Assembly: GCA_003518055.1 (NCBI GenBank)
Contig: DOZJ01000002.1
Span: 299,785-363,784 of the forward strand
Source of the DNA: Candidatus Falkowbacteria bacterium
Lineage (GTDB): Bacteria > Patescibacteriota > Patescibacteriia > UBA11705
Reading direction: 5' to 3'
Length of the DNA stretch: 64,000 nt
Positions 39,164 through 48,319 of this stretch are shown here, piece by piece. The translations under genes were made by a program, and so were the position numbers. Every line of letters starts with the position of its first letter. Position 1 is the first letter of the stretch. The notes below the pieces were generated by a model. The model did not search any database. It was not told the DNA's origin and worked only from the letters and a program-made list of their open reading frames with translations.

Positions 39164-41917
39164 ATGAGCATTTTTACCAAAATTTTCGGTGATCCAAATG
39201 ACAAAGAAATCCGGTCGCTGCAACCCATTGTGGCGGCGATAAATAGCTTAGAGGCGGAAATTAATCAGCTATCTGACGATGAATTACGAGCCAAAACATC
39301 ATATTTCAAACAGCTGCTTCAATCAGGGAAAACTCTGGATGACATCCTACCCGAGGCTTTTGCCGTTGTTCGGGAAGTGTCAAAACGAACCACCGGCCTG
39401 CGGCATTATGATGTCCAGCTGATTGGCGGCATTATCCTGCATCGCGGTCAAATTACGGAAATGCGCACCGGTGAAGGCAAGACCTTGGTCGCGACGCTCG
39501 CTGTTTACCTCAACGCGCTCGAAGGCAAGGGCGTTCATGTGATTACGGTTAATGATTATTTGGCCAAGCGTGACGCCGTCTGGATGGGACAGGTGTACAA
39601 TTTTCTCGGTTTATCTATCGGCGTGATTCAAGGTGAAATGAAATCATTTTTGTATGATGAATCATTGATAAACTCAGCCAGCGATGACACTCATGACGAA
39701 GTGGCATCATTCAAAGTGGAATCAGCCTATCTTCGCGCTTGCTCTCGCCGTGACGCCTACCACGCCGACATTACTTACGGCACCAACAATGAATTCGGTT
39801 TTGATTATCTTCGCGATAACATGGCTTACAGCCTCAAAGACAAAGTCCAGCGCGATCTGCATTACACGATTATTGATGAAGTGGACTCGATTTTGATTGA
39901 TGAAGCGCGCACACCGCTGATCATCTCTGCTCCGGCCGAGGAGTCAGCCTCTTTATACCAACAATTCGCCGCCATGGTGCCCAAGCTGGCTGAAAATGAA
40001 GATTACAATGTGGATGAAAAAATGCGGGCCGCCACGTTGACTGAAAATGGTTTGAACCGCATGGAAAAAATGCTCGGTCTCGGTAATATATATAATGAAG
40101 GCGGGGTCATGATGGTGCATCATCTGGAACAAGCGTTAAAAGCCCACGCATTATTTAAAAAAGATCGCGATTATGTCATCAAAGATGGTGAAGTGATTAT
40201 CATTGATGAATTTACCGGCCGGTTGATGGTTGGCCGGCGTTATTCAGAAGGGCTGCATCAGGCGATTGAGGCCAAAGAAGGCGTGGAAGTCAAAAAAGAA
40301 AGTCTGACGCTCGCCACCATTACGTTTCAAAATTTATTCCGCATGTATAAAAAGTTATCTGGTATGACCGGTACGGCCGCGACCGAAGCGGAGGAATTCG
40401 CCAAAATTTATAATTTGGAAGTTACTATCATCCCAACCAACAAGCCGGTGGTCCGAGATGATTTGCCGGATCGAGTGTATGCGACGGTCGAAGGCAAGTA
40501 CAAGGCCGTGATCAATGAAATAAAAAAGATTCATGCCACCGGCCAGCCGCTTCTCATCGGGACGGTTTCAATTGAGCAAAATGAGATGTTTGGCCGATTG
40601 CTGCATCAGGCGGGAATTACCCATAATTTGCTGAACGCCAAACAGCACGAGCGCGAAGCGGAGATCATCGCTCAGGCTGGCCGTGCCGGCGCCGTCACGG
40701 TCGCCACCAATATGGCCGGCCGCGGCGTAGATATTATTCTCGGCGGCGCGCCGTTTAACCAAACCGAATATGAAAAGGTCAAAAGCGTTGGCGGCTTGTT
40801 TGTGCTTGGGACTGAGCGGCATGAAGCCCGCCGCATTGATAATCAGCTTCGCGGCCGCTCCGGCCGTCAGGGCGACCCGGGCCGAACCCAGTTTTATTTA
40901 TCCATGGAAGATGATGTGATGCGTATTTTTGGTTCAGACCGCATCAAGAACATGATGCAGTCATTGGGCATTCCCGAGGATGTGCCGATTGAACAAAAAA
41001 TTATTACCAGCTCAATCGAAAAAGCCCAAAAGCGAGTTGAGGGCCACAACTTTGATATCCGCAAACATTTGGTGGAGTATGATGATGTGATGAATAAACA
41101 ACGGGAGTCAATTTATACCCGCCGCGATGAAGTTTTGCGTCTGGCCGAGGAAAAGCCGGCCGAGTTAAAACCGCTGGCATGGAGTATGATTGAAAATGAA
41201 ATTGAACAAGTCGTGTCATTTCATACCGCCCAAGTCCAAAATGGTGATTTTGATCTCAAAGAAATTGTCGAGGTTTCTCGGACCATTTTTCCTGTCCCTG
41301 CCGGATTTGAAACAGACTTGAAAAATTTTGTTGCTCAATCAAAAGGCCGTGAAGAGAACTTTGAACTCAAAAGTGAAATTACAAATTATATATTAAACGC
41401 AGCCAGAAACGCTTACCAAGACTTGGAAACGCGTCTGGCTGAGACCACTAGCGAACCTGAAGTGATGCGCAAGGTGGAAAAGGAAATCATGCTGCGCAGC
41501 ATCGATAATCTTTGGGTTGAACATCTCGAGGCGATTCAGGCGCTGCGTTCGAGTATCGGTCTCCGCGGCTATGCTCAACGCGATCCACTGGTTGAATACA
41601 AACGCGAATCCCGCCATTTGTTTATCCAGCTGGAAAATCTTATCCAGCATCAGATGGTTTACTCGATTTTTAAAGTTGGTTTGGCGCCGGAGATGAAATC
41701 ATCTATTATGCAGGGTGTGAAAAATTATTCCGCCCCGGCCAAGACTGCCGGCGGGATGAAAAATCCCTACGAAACCGAGCAGCGACGTGAATCAACTGCA
41801 AATAAAAAAGCATACGACGCCACCGGCAAAAAAGTCGGACGCAATGATCCTTGTCCCTGCGGCGCGAAAGATGATTCCGGTAATCCGATAAAATTTAAGA
41901 AGTGCCATGGGGCGTAA
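39164..41917 (+). CDS. secA: Preprotein translocase ATPase SecA
   Basis: 917 aa with DEAD-like motifs and a C-terminal zinc-binding CPCGAKD...KKCHG. Confidence 0.95.
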   Translation: MSIFTKIFGDPNDKEIRSLQPIVAAINSLEAEINQLSDDELRAKTSYFKQLLQSGKTLDDILPEAFAVVREVSKRTTGLRHYDVQLIGGIILHRGQITEMRTGEGKTLVATLAVYLNALEGKGVHVITVNDYLAKRDAVWMGQVYNFLGLSIGVIQGEMKSFLYDESLINSASDDTHDEVASFKVESAYLRACSRRDAYHADITYGTNNEFGFDYLRDNMAYSLKDKVQRDLHYTIIDEVDSILIDEARTPLIISAPAEESASLYQQFAAMVPKLAENEDYNVDEKMRAATLTENGLNRMEKMLGLGNIYNEGGVMMVHHLEQALKAHALFKKDRDYVIKDGEVIIIDEFTGRLMVGRRYSEGLHQAIEAKEGVEVKKESLTLATITFQNLFRMYKKLSGMTGTAATEAEEFAKIYNLEVTIIPTNKPVVRDDLPDRVYATVEGKYKAVINEIKKIHATGQPLLIGTVSIEQNEMFGRLLHQAGITHNLLNAKQHEREAEIIAQAGRAGAVTVATNMAGRGVDIILGGAPFNQTEYEKVKSVGGLFVLGTERHEARRIDNQLRGRSGRQGDPGRTQFYLSMEDDVMRIFGSDRIKNMMQSLGIPEDVPIEQKIITSSIEKAQKRVEGHNFDIRKHLVEYDDVMNKQRESIYTRRDEVLRLAEEKPAELKPLAWSMIENEIEQVVSFHTAQVQNGDFDLKEIVEVSRTIFPVPAGFETDLKNFVAQSKGREENFELKSEITNYILNAARNAYQDLETRLAETTSEPEVMRKVEKEIMLRSIDNLWVEHLEAIQALRSSIGLRGYAQRDPLVEYKRESRHLFIQLENLIQHQMVYSIFKVGLAPEMKSSIMQGVKNYSAPAKTAGGMKNPYETEQRRESTANKKAYDATGKKVGRNDPCPCGAKDDSGNPIKFKKCHGA

Positions 41918-41934
41918 TTAACAGCCCGAAGCCC

Positions 41935-41972
41935 GAAGGCGAAGATCGCGATCTTCGCCTTCGATTTATTTT
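41935..41972 (+). terminator. Perfect-palindrome terminator GAAGGCGAAGATCGCGATCTTCGCCTTC
   Basis: Immediately after the secA stop. Confidence 0.65.
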
Positions 41973-42087
41973 ATGAATACCATTGCAATCACGACATTCA
42001 CGATTGTTTTTATTTTGTGCTAAAATATTAACAAATAATATTCATCCTACTACTATAAAAAAATCCGCTGATTTTTCAGCGGTTTTA

Positions 42088-42306
42088 TTATCCCCAGATC
42101 AGTCCGGCGGCCACAGCCTCAACAATAACGCAGCCTAACCACAACACCACATCACGGAAAAATACCGGATGATCAAAATCACATTTGGTGGCGTGTTCAA
42201 TCGGTTCCGCGATGGAACTGTAATAATCATGGAAAAAAATTTTGGCTCCGAGCAGGACGAGTACCAAGGCAAAAACTACGAAGATAATCCAGCCGGTTAC
42301 GTTCAT
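42088..42306 (-). CDS. Small membrane protein (72 aa)
   Basis: Two TM helices. Confidence 0.4.
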   Translation of the reverse strand: MNVTGWIIFVVFALVLVLLGAKIFFHDYYSSIAEPIEHATKCDFDHPVFFRDVVLWLGCVIVEAVAAGLIWG

Positions 42307-42498
42307 TTGGCCACCTCCTATGGGGTTGAGATTCAGTCATGTGATATAACAGCAAAAATTATCACATTGTGTTTCATCTGTCAAATAGGTTATCTTGTTC
42401 ACAAGTTTAGATGTTGTGGGGTTGCAAATAATACGTTTTTTTATTAAAATGAAGGCACATTTTGTTTTTAGTTTAACTAATGACCGCAATTTATCTTT

Positions 42499-44541
42499 AT
42501 GGCAAAGCTGACGGAAAAATTCAAAGTTCGCTTGTGGCTGATTGTAATTCTGGGCGTGGCCGTTTTGGCCGGCGTCTATGATTATCCGCCCATTCTCAAT
42601 CAGGGAATCAACAAGTTTAATCAGGTGTTCAAGACATCAATATCGACTGTAACCAGCCGGCCGTTTATTTTGGGGCTGGATTTACAGGGCGGAACTCATT
42701 TGGTTTACGAAGCTGATACATCGGCCATCGGATCAGGGGAGGAAGGCGCCGCGGTTGACGGTGTCCGCGATGTAATCGAGCGCCGTGTCAATTCTCTCGG
42801 CGTGTCAGAACCCGTGGTTCAAACCAATCAAACCGGCGACAAATGGCGGGTGATTGTTGAGTTGGCCGGGATCCGCGATGTCAATGAAGCCATCAAGGCG
42901 ATCGGTGAGACGCCGCTGCTTGAATTCAAAGAACAAAATGATGCACCGGCTCGTACCCTGACCAAAGAAGAAAAACAAGAGCTTGAAGTCTTCAACAAAA
43001 ACGCCGAAGCCAAAGCCAATATTGTTTTGGACAACGCGCTGGCCGGCGGTGACTTTTCCGCCTTGGCCGCTGCCAACTCAGACGATGTTTTGACCAAAGA
43101 TCAAGGCGGTAATCTTGGTGTTCTGACCGGCGACCAGATTGAATATCAGGCTATATATGAATTAATAACCTCGATGAATCCGACCGAAGCGCAAGTATTG
43201 AATAAACTGGTTGATAATAATGATGGATTTAACATCGTAAAAATAAATGACATCAAAGACGGTGAGCTTCAAGTCAAAGCCAGTCACCTGCTAATTTGTT
43301 TTGACGGTAAAACCGGCTGCAATACCGGCGCGACGCGAGAACAGGCCGAAGGTAAAATCAATGAATTGAAAGCCGGAGCAAACGCTGAAAACTTTGCCGC
43401 TTTGGTTAAATCCAATTCCACCGAACCGGGCGCGAGCGTAAATGCCGGCGATTTGGGTTGGTTTTCCCGCGGCGTGATGGTTCCGGAATTTGACACTGCG
43501 GTTTTTGATATGCCAACCGGCGAAATTTCGAGCGTAATCGAAACCGACTTTGGTTTTCATTTGATTTTCAAAGAAGGGGAGCGCCAAGGCAAAAATTATG
43601 ACGTTTCCCGCATTTTTATTAATACCAAAACCGAAAGAGATATTCTGCCGCCAACCGATCAGTGGAAAAATACCGAGCTGAGCGGCAAACATCTGGAGCG
43701 CGCTTGGGTTGCTTTTGATCCGAGCACCAACGCCCCGCAAGTCAGTCTGCAATTCAACGATGAGGGCGATCAGCTGTTTGCAGATATTACTGGTAGAAAT
43801 GTCGGCAAGCCGGTGGCCATTTTTCTTGACGGCTCAGCGATCAGTATTCCAGTGGTTAATGAAAAAATTACCGGCGGTGAAGCCGTCATATCCGGTTCAT
43901 TTGATTTGGCTGAGGCCCGACTTTTGTCTCAGCGGCTGAACGCCGGCGCCTTGCCCGTGCCGATCGAACTGGTATCTCAGCAAACCGTCGGCGCCACTTT
44001 GGGCCAATCTTCTCTAACCATGAGTCTCAAAGCCGCGTTGATTGGATTTTTATTGGTAGCTCTGTTTATGATTGGGTATTACCGAGTACCCGGTGTTATG
44101 GCGGTGGTTGCCCTGTTATTTTATACGTCTATTCTTCTGTTATTATTTAAATTAATTCCGGTGACATTGACTTTGTCGGGTATTGCCGGGTTTATCTTAT
44201 CAGTCGGTATGGCTGTGGACGCGAATGTTCTTATCTTTGAGCGATTCAAGGAAGAGTTAAAAAGTGGCAAACCGTATGGATCCTCTCTTGAGGAAGGGGC
44301 TAAGCGAGCTTGGCCTTCGATCCGTGATGGCAACGCGACCACGTTGATTACTTGTTTCATCTTGGCTTGGTTTGGTACTAGCAGTATTCAAGGTTTTGCC
44401 ATTACTCTTGGAGTTGGTGTGATGATCAGTATGTTTTCCGCTATCGTGGTTACTCGATCGTTACTCAAAATATTCATCGGAATAAAAGAGAACAATAATA
44501 ATTTATTCTGGTTCGGAGTAAGACGAAATATCGAGAAATAA
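42499..44541 (+). CDS. secD: Protein-export membrane protein SecD with a parvulin-type PPIase domain embedded in the periplasmic P1 head
   Basis: SecD TM1, P1 domain and C-terminal 5-TM core are present. Residues about 250-365 (...ASHLLICFD...GDLGWFSRGVMVPEFDTAVFDM...GFHLIFKEGE) match the PpiC/parvulin fold. Confidence 0.8.
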   Translation: MAKLTEKFKVRLWLIVILGVAVLAGVYDYPPILNQGINKFNQVFKTSISTVTSRPFILGLDLQGGTHLVYEADTSAIGSGEEGAAVDGVRDVIERRVNSLGVSEPVVQTNQTGDKWRVIVELAGIRDVNEAIKAIGETPLLEFKEQNDAPARTLTKEEKQELEVFNKNAEAKANIVLDNALAGGDFSALAAANSDDVLTKDQGGNLGVLTGDQIEYQAIYELITSMNPTEAQVLNKLVDNNDGFNIVKINDIKDGELQVKASHLLICFDGKTGCNTGATREQAEGKINELKAGANAENFAALVKSNSTEPGASVNAGDLGWFSRGVMVPEFDTAVFDMPTGEISSVIETDFGFHLIFKEGERQGKNYDVSRIFINTKTERDILPPTDQWKNTELSGKHLERAWVAFDPSTNAPQVSLQFNDEGDQLFADITGRNVGKPVAIFLDGSAISIPVVNEKITGGEAVISGSFDLAEARLLSQRLNAGALPVPIELVSQQTVGATLGQSSLTMSLKAALIGFLLVALFMIGYYRVPGVMAVVALLFYTSILLLLFKLIPVTLTLSGIAGFILSVGMAVDANVLIFERFKEELKSGKPYGSSLEEGAKRAWPSIRDGNATTLITCFILAWFGTSSIQGFAITLGVGVMISMFSAIVVTRSLLKIFIGIKENNNNLFWFGVRRNIEK

Positions 44542-44590
44542 CGAGACGGTTTATTATCACCCACTTCACTTTTATCACATTTAAAACTCT

Positions 44591-45517
44591 ATGAAAAAAA
44601 CATTTGACATTATCAGCAAGAAAACAATCTGGCTGTCAATCTCTGGTTTCCTAGTTGTTACCAGCCTGGTTTTTTTGGCGGTCTGGGGTTTGAAGCCGGG
44701 ACTCGATTTTACCGGTGGCAGTTTGCTTGAGGTCCGGTTCACGCAAAATGCCCTACCCGACACCTCGACCTTGAGGCAACATATGAATAGCATGAATTTG
44801 GGCGGCGAAGTTGTTGTCCAACCAACCGACAATGATGGTTATATTATCCGTTATCAAGACATCAGTGAAGATACGCATCAAAAAATCGTAACCTCTCTAA
44901 GAGAGGAATTTCCGGCTGAAGACGAGGGTCAAACCAATTTGGAAGAAGTCAGATTTGAATCAATCGGTCCATCCATTGGAAAAGAACTTCGAACGCAAAC
45001 CGCATATGCCATATCCATTACCCTGATCGCCATTATTGCTTATATTGCTTGGGCTTTCCGCAAAGTTTCTTGGCCAATCAAATCATGGAAATACGGCGTA
45101 ATCGCGGTGGTGGCGTTGTTCCACGATATTATTATAACCATGGGTCTGTTTTCATTTCTTGGTCATTTTTATAATGTCGATGTCGGGTTACCGTTCGTGG
45201 CGGCTCTGTTGACTATTCTTGGCTACTCGGTAAATGACACAATTGTGATGTTTGATCGAATCAGAGAAAACATCGGCCGGCTTAGCCACTCTGATTTTCT
45301 TGGTTTGGTCAATCGATCAATCAATGAAACCTTGTCTCGTTCTATTAATACGACATTCACGACGCTCCTAGCTCTGATCGCCATCTTCTTTTGGGGGGGC
45401 GTCACGATCAAATATTTTGCCCTCGCGATGATTTGCGGTATTTTCTTTGGTTCTTACTCCTCGATTTTTGTCGCCAGTCCGCTTCTGGTAATCTGGGGAA
45501 AATTTCGGCAGAAGTAA
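44591..45517 (+). CDS. secF: Protein-export membrane protein SecF
   Basis: 308 aa, SecF topology, adjacent to secD. Confidence 0.9.
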   Translation: MKKTFDIISKKTIWLSISGFLVVTSLVFLAVWGLKPGLDFTGGSLLEVRFTQNALPDTSTLRQHMNSMNLGGEVVVQPTDNDGYIIRYQDISEDTHQKIVTSLREEFPAEDEGQTNLEEVRFESIGPSIGKELRTQTAYAISITLIAIIAYIAWAFRKVSWPIKSWKYGVIAVVALFHDIIITMGLFSFLGHFYNVDVGLPFVAALLTILGYSVNDTIVMFDRIRENIGRLSHSDFLGLVNRSINETLSRSINTTFTTLLALIAIFFWGGVTIKYFALAMICGIFFGSYSSIFVASPLLVIWGKFRQK

Positions 45518-45532
45518 GTTAAAGACAAATCC

Positions 45533-45562
45533 AAAAAACGAGACGTCGACGTCTCGTTTTTT
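45533..45562. terminator. Bidirectional perfect-palindrome terminator AAAAAACGAGACGTCGACGTCTCGTTTTTT
   Basis: Flanked by A6 and T6; marks the left boundary of the GC-rich island. Confidence 0.7.
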
Positions 45563-45652
45563 GTTTATCTCTTTGACTAGAGTTACGGGGGATCTTCCTG
45601 CCAACAGCCGTGCTGTTGGCAGGATGGAGGCGGGAGGAGGATAACCGCAATC

Positions 45653-45681
45653 AAAAAACACTGTCTGCTTGCAGATCAGTG
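45653..45681 (-). terminator. Module-1 terminator (minus strand): CACTGATCTGCAAGCAGACAGTG + T6
   Basis: Read on the minus strand, immediately 3' of the membrane-protein A stop codon. Confidence 0.6.
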
Positions 45682-45748
45682 TCTTCTTCACGAAAGTTTT
45701 CGATGAAGTTTGTGCCTTAGGTTTGAGGCGGGGGAACGGGGGCTGTGG

Positions 45749-46432
45749 GCGTCAGGTTCGGATGGCTCGACTCGGCGCCTTGACGAGCAGCGAGATGCCG
45801 GTCGCCTTCCAGAAGAGCCAGTTGATCCCGTAGAGGCTGGTGTAGACCACCGCGATCGCGAAGGCCAGCCCACAGCCGATCACGACCGTGTTCAGTAGGT
45901 GCTTCGGATCGAGGACGGTGCCGGTGATCAGGCCGTTTGCCAGCGAGTTGGCCAAGCCGGCGAGCATGATCAGGTTGAAACGTTCGCGCAGGGTCAGGTC
46001 GCGATCCCGCTCGCAGAAAACGAGCATCAGGACCAACAGCTGAGCGAATGCGAAGAGGAGCAGATAGAACTCGAGACTCGCCGCCGCATGCAGATTTGCG
46101 TACTGAATTGGGGCGAGCATCGCGGCCTCGAACATGACCCACATCCTGGCGAACGCTGGGTCGCAGCCGTACGCGCGGAAGTTGTTGGCGACGTAGACCG
46201 CGCCCTGGAGCAGCATGTAGATCGTGAAGAACACCATGATGGTCTGGAACAGCGGTGACTCGATTTGGAGCGTGGGGAGGTAGGTCGCTGCCCACTCGCT
46301 CATGGACGCGTGGTCCATGAACGGGGGCATCTCGACGATGAACAACCGAAACGCCAGGCTGGCGAGAAACGCCAGCGCGATGTTCACGTACGCCCACCGA
46401 TCCACCTGGAAGAACTTGCGACTTTCGTCCAT
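45749..46432 (-). CDS. GC-rich 6-TM membrane protein A (226 aa from the second ATG), paralogue of 47253..47948
   Basis: GGAGGG Shine-Dalgarno 5 nt upstream of ATG 46432; six hydrophobic helices; shares motifs with protein B (EMPPF.../ELPVYF..., LLQGAVYVANNF/LMFGAVYYANHF). Confidence 0.65.
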
Positions 46433-46500
46433 GATTCCCTCCATGTCAGCGCCTTAGCGCGTGTTCAGTGTACAGTTGACGTTGGACGTTTAGTCCGCGG

Positions 46501-46632
46501 TTACCGACTGCGCCACGGCTGCCCCTGCTCGATGGCCTTGGTTTCGGCTTCGCTCAGGGCGTCGCGGTGCATGTCCATCAGGATGGAGGCGACCACGAAC
46601 AGGTTTCGAACGGCGGCGGCGATGCGCTTCAT
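46501..46632 (-). CDS. 43-aa peptide MKRIAAAVRNLFVVASILMDMHRDALSEAETKAIEQGQPWRSR (not in the ORF track)
   Basis: GGAGA Shine-Dalgarno 8 nt upstream; lies between the module-1 promoter and membrane protein A; GC-rich codons. Confidence 0.45.
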   Translation of the reverse strand: MKRIAAAVRNLFVVASILMDMHRDALSEAETKAIEQGQPWRSR

Positions 46633-46674
46633 TTAGAGTATCTCCTGTCTGGTTGTCGAAGATCTTAATCAACC

Positions 46675-46703
46675 ATTATATCACATTTTTCATAAAAAGT
46701 CAA
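46675..46703 (-). promoter_or_regulatory. Module-1 promoter, perfect TTGACT-N17-TATAAT (minus strand)
   Basis: The reverse complement reads TTGACTTTTTATGAAAAATGTGATATAAT. Confidence 0.7.
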
Positions 46704-46735
46704 TAGTAAGTGGTTTTTTTACTCTTATTTATAAC

Positions 46736-46769
46736 AAAAAAGCCACCTGCTTTGATGCGAGGTTGGCTT
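46736..46769 (-). terminator. Module-2 terminator (minus strand): AAGCCAACCTCGCATCAAAGCAGGTGGCTTTTTT
   Basis: Hairpin + T6 immediately 3' of the lipoprotein gene and just upstream of the module-1 promoter. Confidence 0.6.
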
Positions 46770-46802
46770 GGTCACTAGCGATGTAGTGTTGAGTACCTAT
46801 GT

Positions 46803-47240
46803 TCAGTTCGCGTAGTCGTCGTACTTCGTCAGCCGATCCCACCGACTATAGACAGGGGAGATCAGGTCGCTCGAGAGTGACAGGTTGTGCTCCCGCTCGG
46901 CTCGGTCGAACAGCTGGTGCAGTCGGACTGACACCAGCTGCAGCTCGCCGCTCTGGCGATATTCCGAGCTGTACTTGGGGTTCGGGGAGAGCACATCGTC
47001 GTAGGCGATTCGGAGATCTCGCCACTCCTGCCAGTCTCGGACTTCCGTGTGGATGTCCTCGGTCTCGACCTGACGAATCAGGTCGTTAAGGTTGGTGACG
47101 CAGTCGTCGTAGGCCAGCAGGTACTGCTGAGCCTTGGTCAGACTCCCGCAGCCCGACCCGCCGGTGATGGCGGCCAAGAGCAGGAGCGCGAAGGCGATGA
47201 TGATGGCGATGGATCCGAGCGATGACTTGGGCTTGTTCAC
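46803..47240 (-). CDS. GC-rich putative lipoprotein (145 aa, GTG start)
   Basis: AAGGAGA Shine-Dalgarno 6 nt upstream of GTG; signal peptide ending LAAITGGSGC; begins 12 nt after the protein B stop. Confidence 0.55.
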   Translation of the reverse strand: MNKPKSSLGSIAIIIAFALLLLAAITGGSGCGSLTKAQQYLLAYDDCVTNLNDLIRQVETEDIHTEVRDWQEWRDLRIAYDDVLSPNPKYSSEYRQSGELQLVSVRLHQLFDRAEREHNLSLSSDLISPVYSRWDRLTKYDDYAN

Positions 47241-47252
47241 GCGTTGTCTCCT

Positions 47253-47948
47253 TCAGGCCGCAGCCGTCTTGACCGGGCGCTTGATGAACCAGCATACGAC
47301 GCGCTTGGTGTAGATGATCAGAAGCGACGCAGCCGAGCTGGCCGCGAAGCACACAACCACCGTGGCTGCGCCCCAGGCCAGGAAATTCCAGGCCGCGTTC
47401 GGGCCGGAGATCAGGAAGGCCGCGAAAGCGCCGAGCGCCACGTAGCCGGTGATCAGACTGGCCATGAAGCCGAGCGTCTGCCGCCAGCTGGCGCGAAGCG
47501 TCTTGAAGTGATTGGCGTAGTACACTGCGCCAAACATGAGTGTGTGGAGAGCGGTGAAGAAGATGAAGAGGCTCGTCACCGGCGTCATCGCACTCACAAC
47601 GCAGCAGCCGACCGCAGTGGCAAAGCCGAACACCCCGAGAATCAACGAAAGCCACCACACGCTGTTTTCCCGGTTTTCCCGGACGTCGCGCAGGTGCTGG
47701 ATGCTCATGATGATGAAGGCCGCGACCGAGAGCCAGAGCACGCCTTGGAGCAGGTGGGCTCCGCCGAGGTCGGTCACCATGACCGACATCTGTCCCGACT
47801 GCACCGTCCACCAGTTCTCGATGGTGGGATAGATGTGCTCGGTCGCCGGGTGGTTCACGAAGTACACCGGCAGCTCCAGCCACCCTGATATGATGGCGCC
47901 GAAACCGAAGATGACGTAGAGCAGGATCACGGAGTCGGGTTTCTTCAT
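47253..47948 (-). CDS. GC-rich 6-TM membrane protein B (231 aa), paralogue of protein A
   Basis: GGGAGA Shine-Dalgarno; six TM helices; internal duplication of the GAVY.AN.F motif. Confidence 0.65.
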   Translation of the reverse strand: MKKPDSVILLYVIFGFGAIISGWLELPVYFVNHPATEHIYPTIENWWTVQSGQMSVMVTDLGGAHLLQGVLWLSVAAFIIMSIQHLRDVRENRENSVWWLSLILGVFGFATAVGCCVVSAMTPVTSLFIFFTALHTLMFGAVYYANHFKTLRASWRQTLGFMASLITGYVALGAFAAFLISGPNAAWNFLAWGAATVVVCFAASSAASLLIIYTKRVVCWFIKRPVKTAAA

Positions 47949-48026
47949 TGACTTTCTCCCATGCGCTATTCTCGCGTCATGTTGCTATGTTTCCGTGGTG
48001 AACGTTGTTAAAGATCTTAATCGACA

Positions 48027-48055
48027 ATTATATCATATTTTAATAAAAAAGTCAA
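48027..48055 (-). promoter_or_regulatory. Module-2 promoter, perfect TTGACT-N17-TATAAT (minus strand)
   Basis: The reverse complement reads TTGACTTTTTTATTAAAATATGATATAAT; the surrounding 50 bp are about 85% identical to the module-1 promoter region. Confidence 0.7.
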
Positions 48056-48319
48056 CAATTGTCTTATTATTTAACTTAAATTAGATTAAAAATCAATGTG
48101 AACAATTGACGGTTCCAGATATTTTTGGCCTAATTCTTGACTGAAGCTTCTTGTTAGTCTAAAATCACTTGACATATATCTTGAATAGTATAAAATATTA
48201 TATAAGCTTATCGTCTTGACAAAGTTTTATAAAGATGTTATACTTTAATATAATTAAATTTATTTATCTAAGCTGATATATAACTAATATAAGTTTGCTT
48301 GTCGGCTTTTCATGATTTT

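Larger units (their letters stand above)
45566..48060 (-). other. Compositionally foreign GC-rich island (CDSs about 60-65% GC) built from two promoter-SD-CDS-terminator modules on the minus strand
   Basis: Abrupt GC shift; all annotated frames GC3-rich; two near-identical AT-rich about 50-bp promoter regions (46656-46712 and 48008-48065). Confidence 0.8.

Noticed and set aside
45688-47888. Numerous overlapping ORFs in both strands of the GC-rich island (e.g. 45717..46397, 45899..46258, 46265..46636, 46799..47089, 47086..47883, 47244..47888, 47536..47832)
   Set aside because: High-GC DNA is open in many frames. These have Arg/Pro/Gly-rich nonsense translations. The chosen frames were kept because they have TM-helix periodicity, Shine-Dalgarno sites and flanking promoter and terminator signals.
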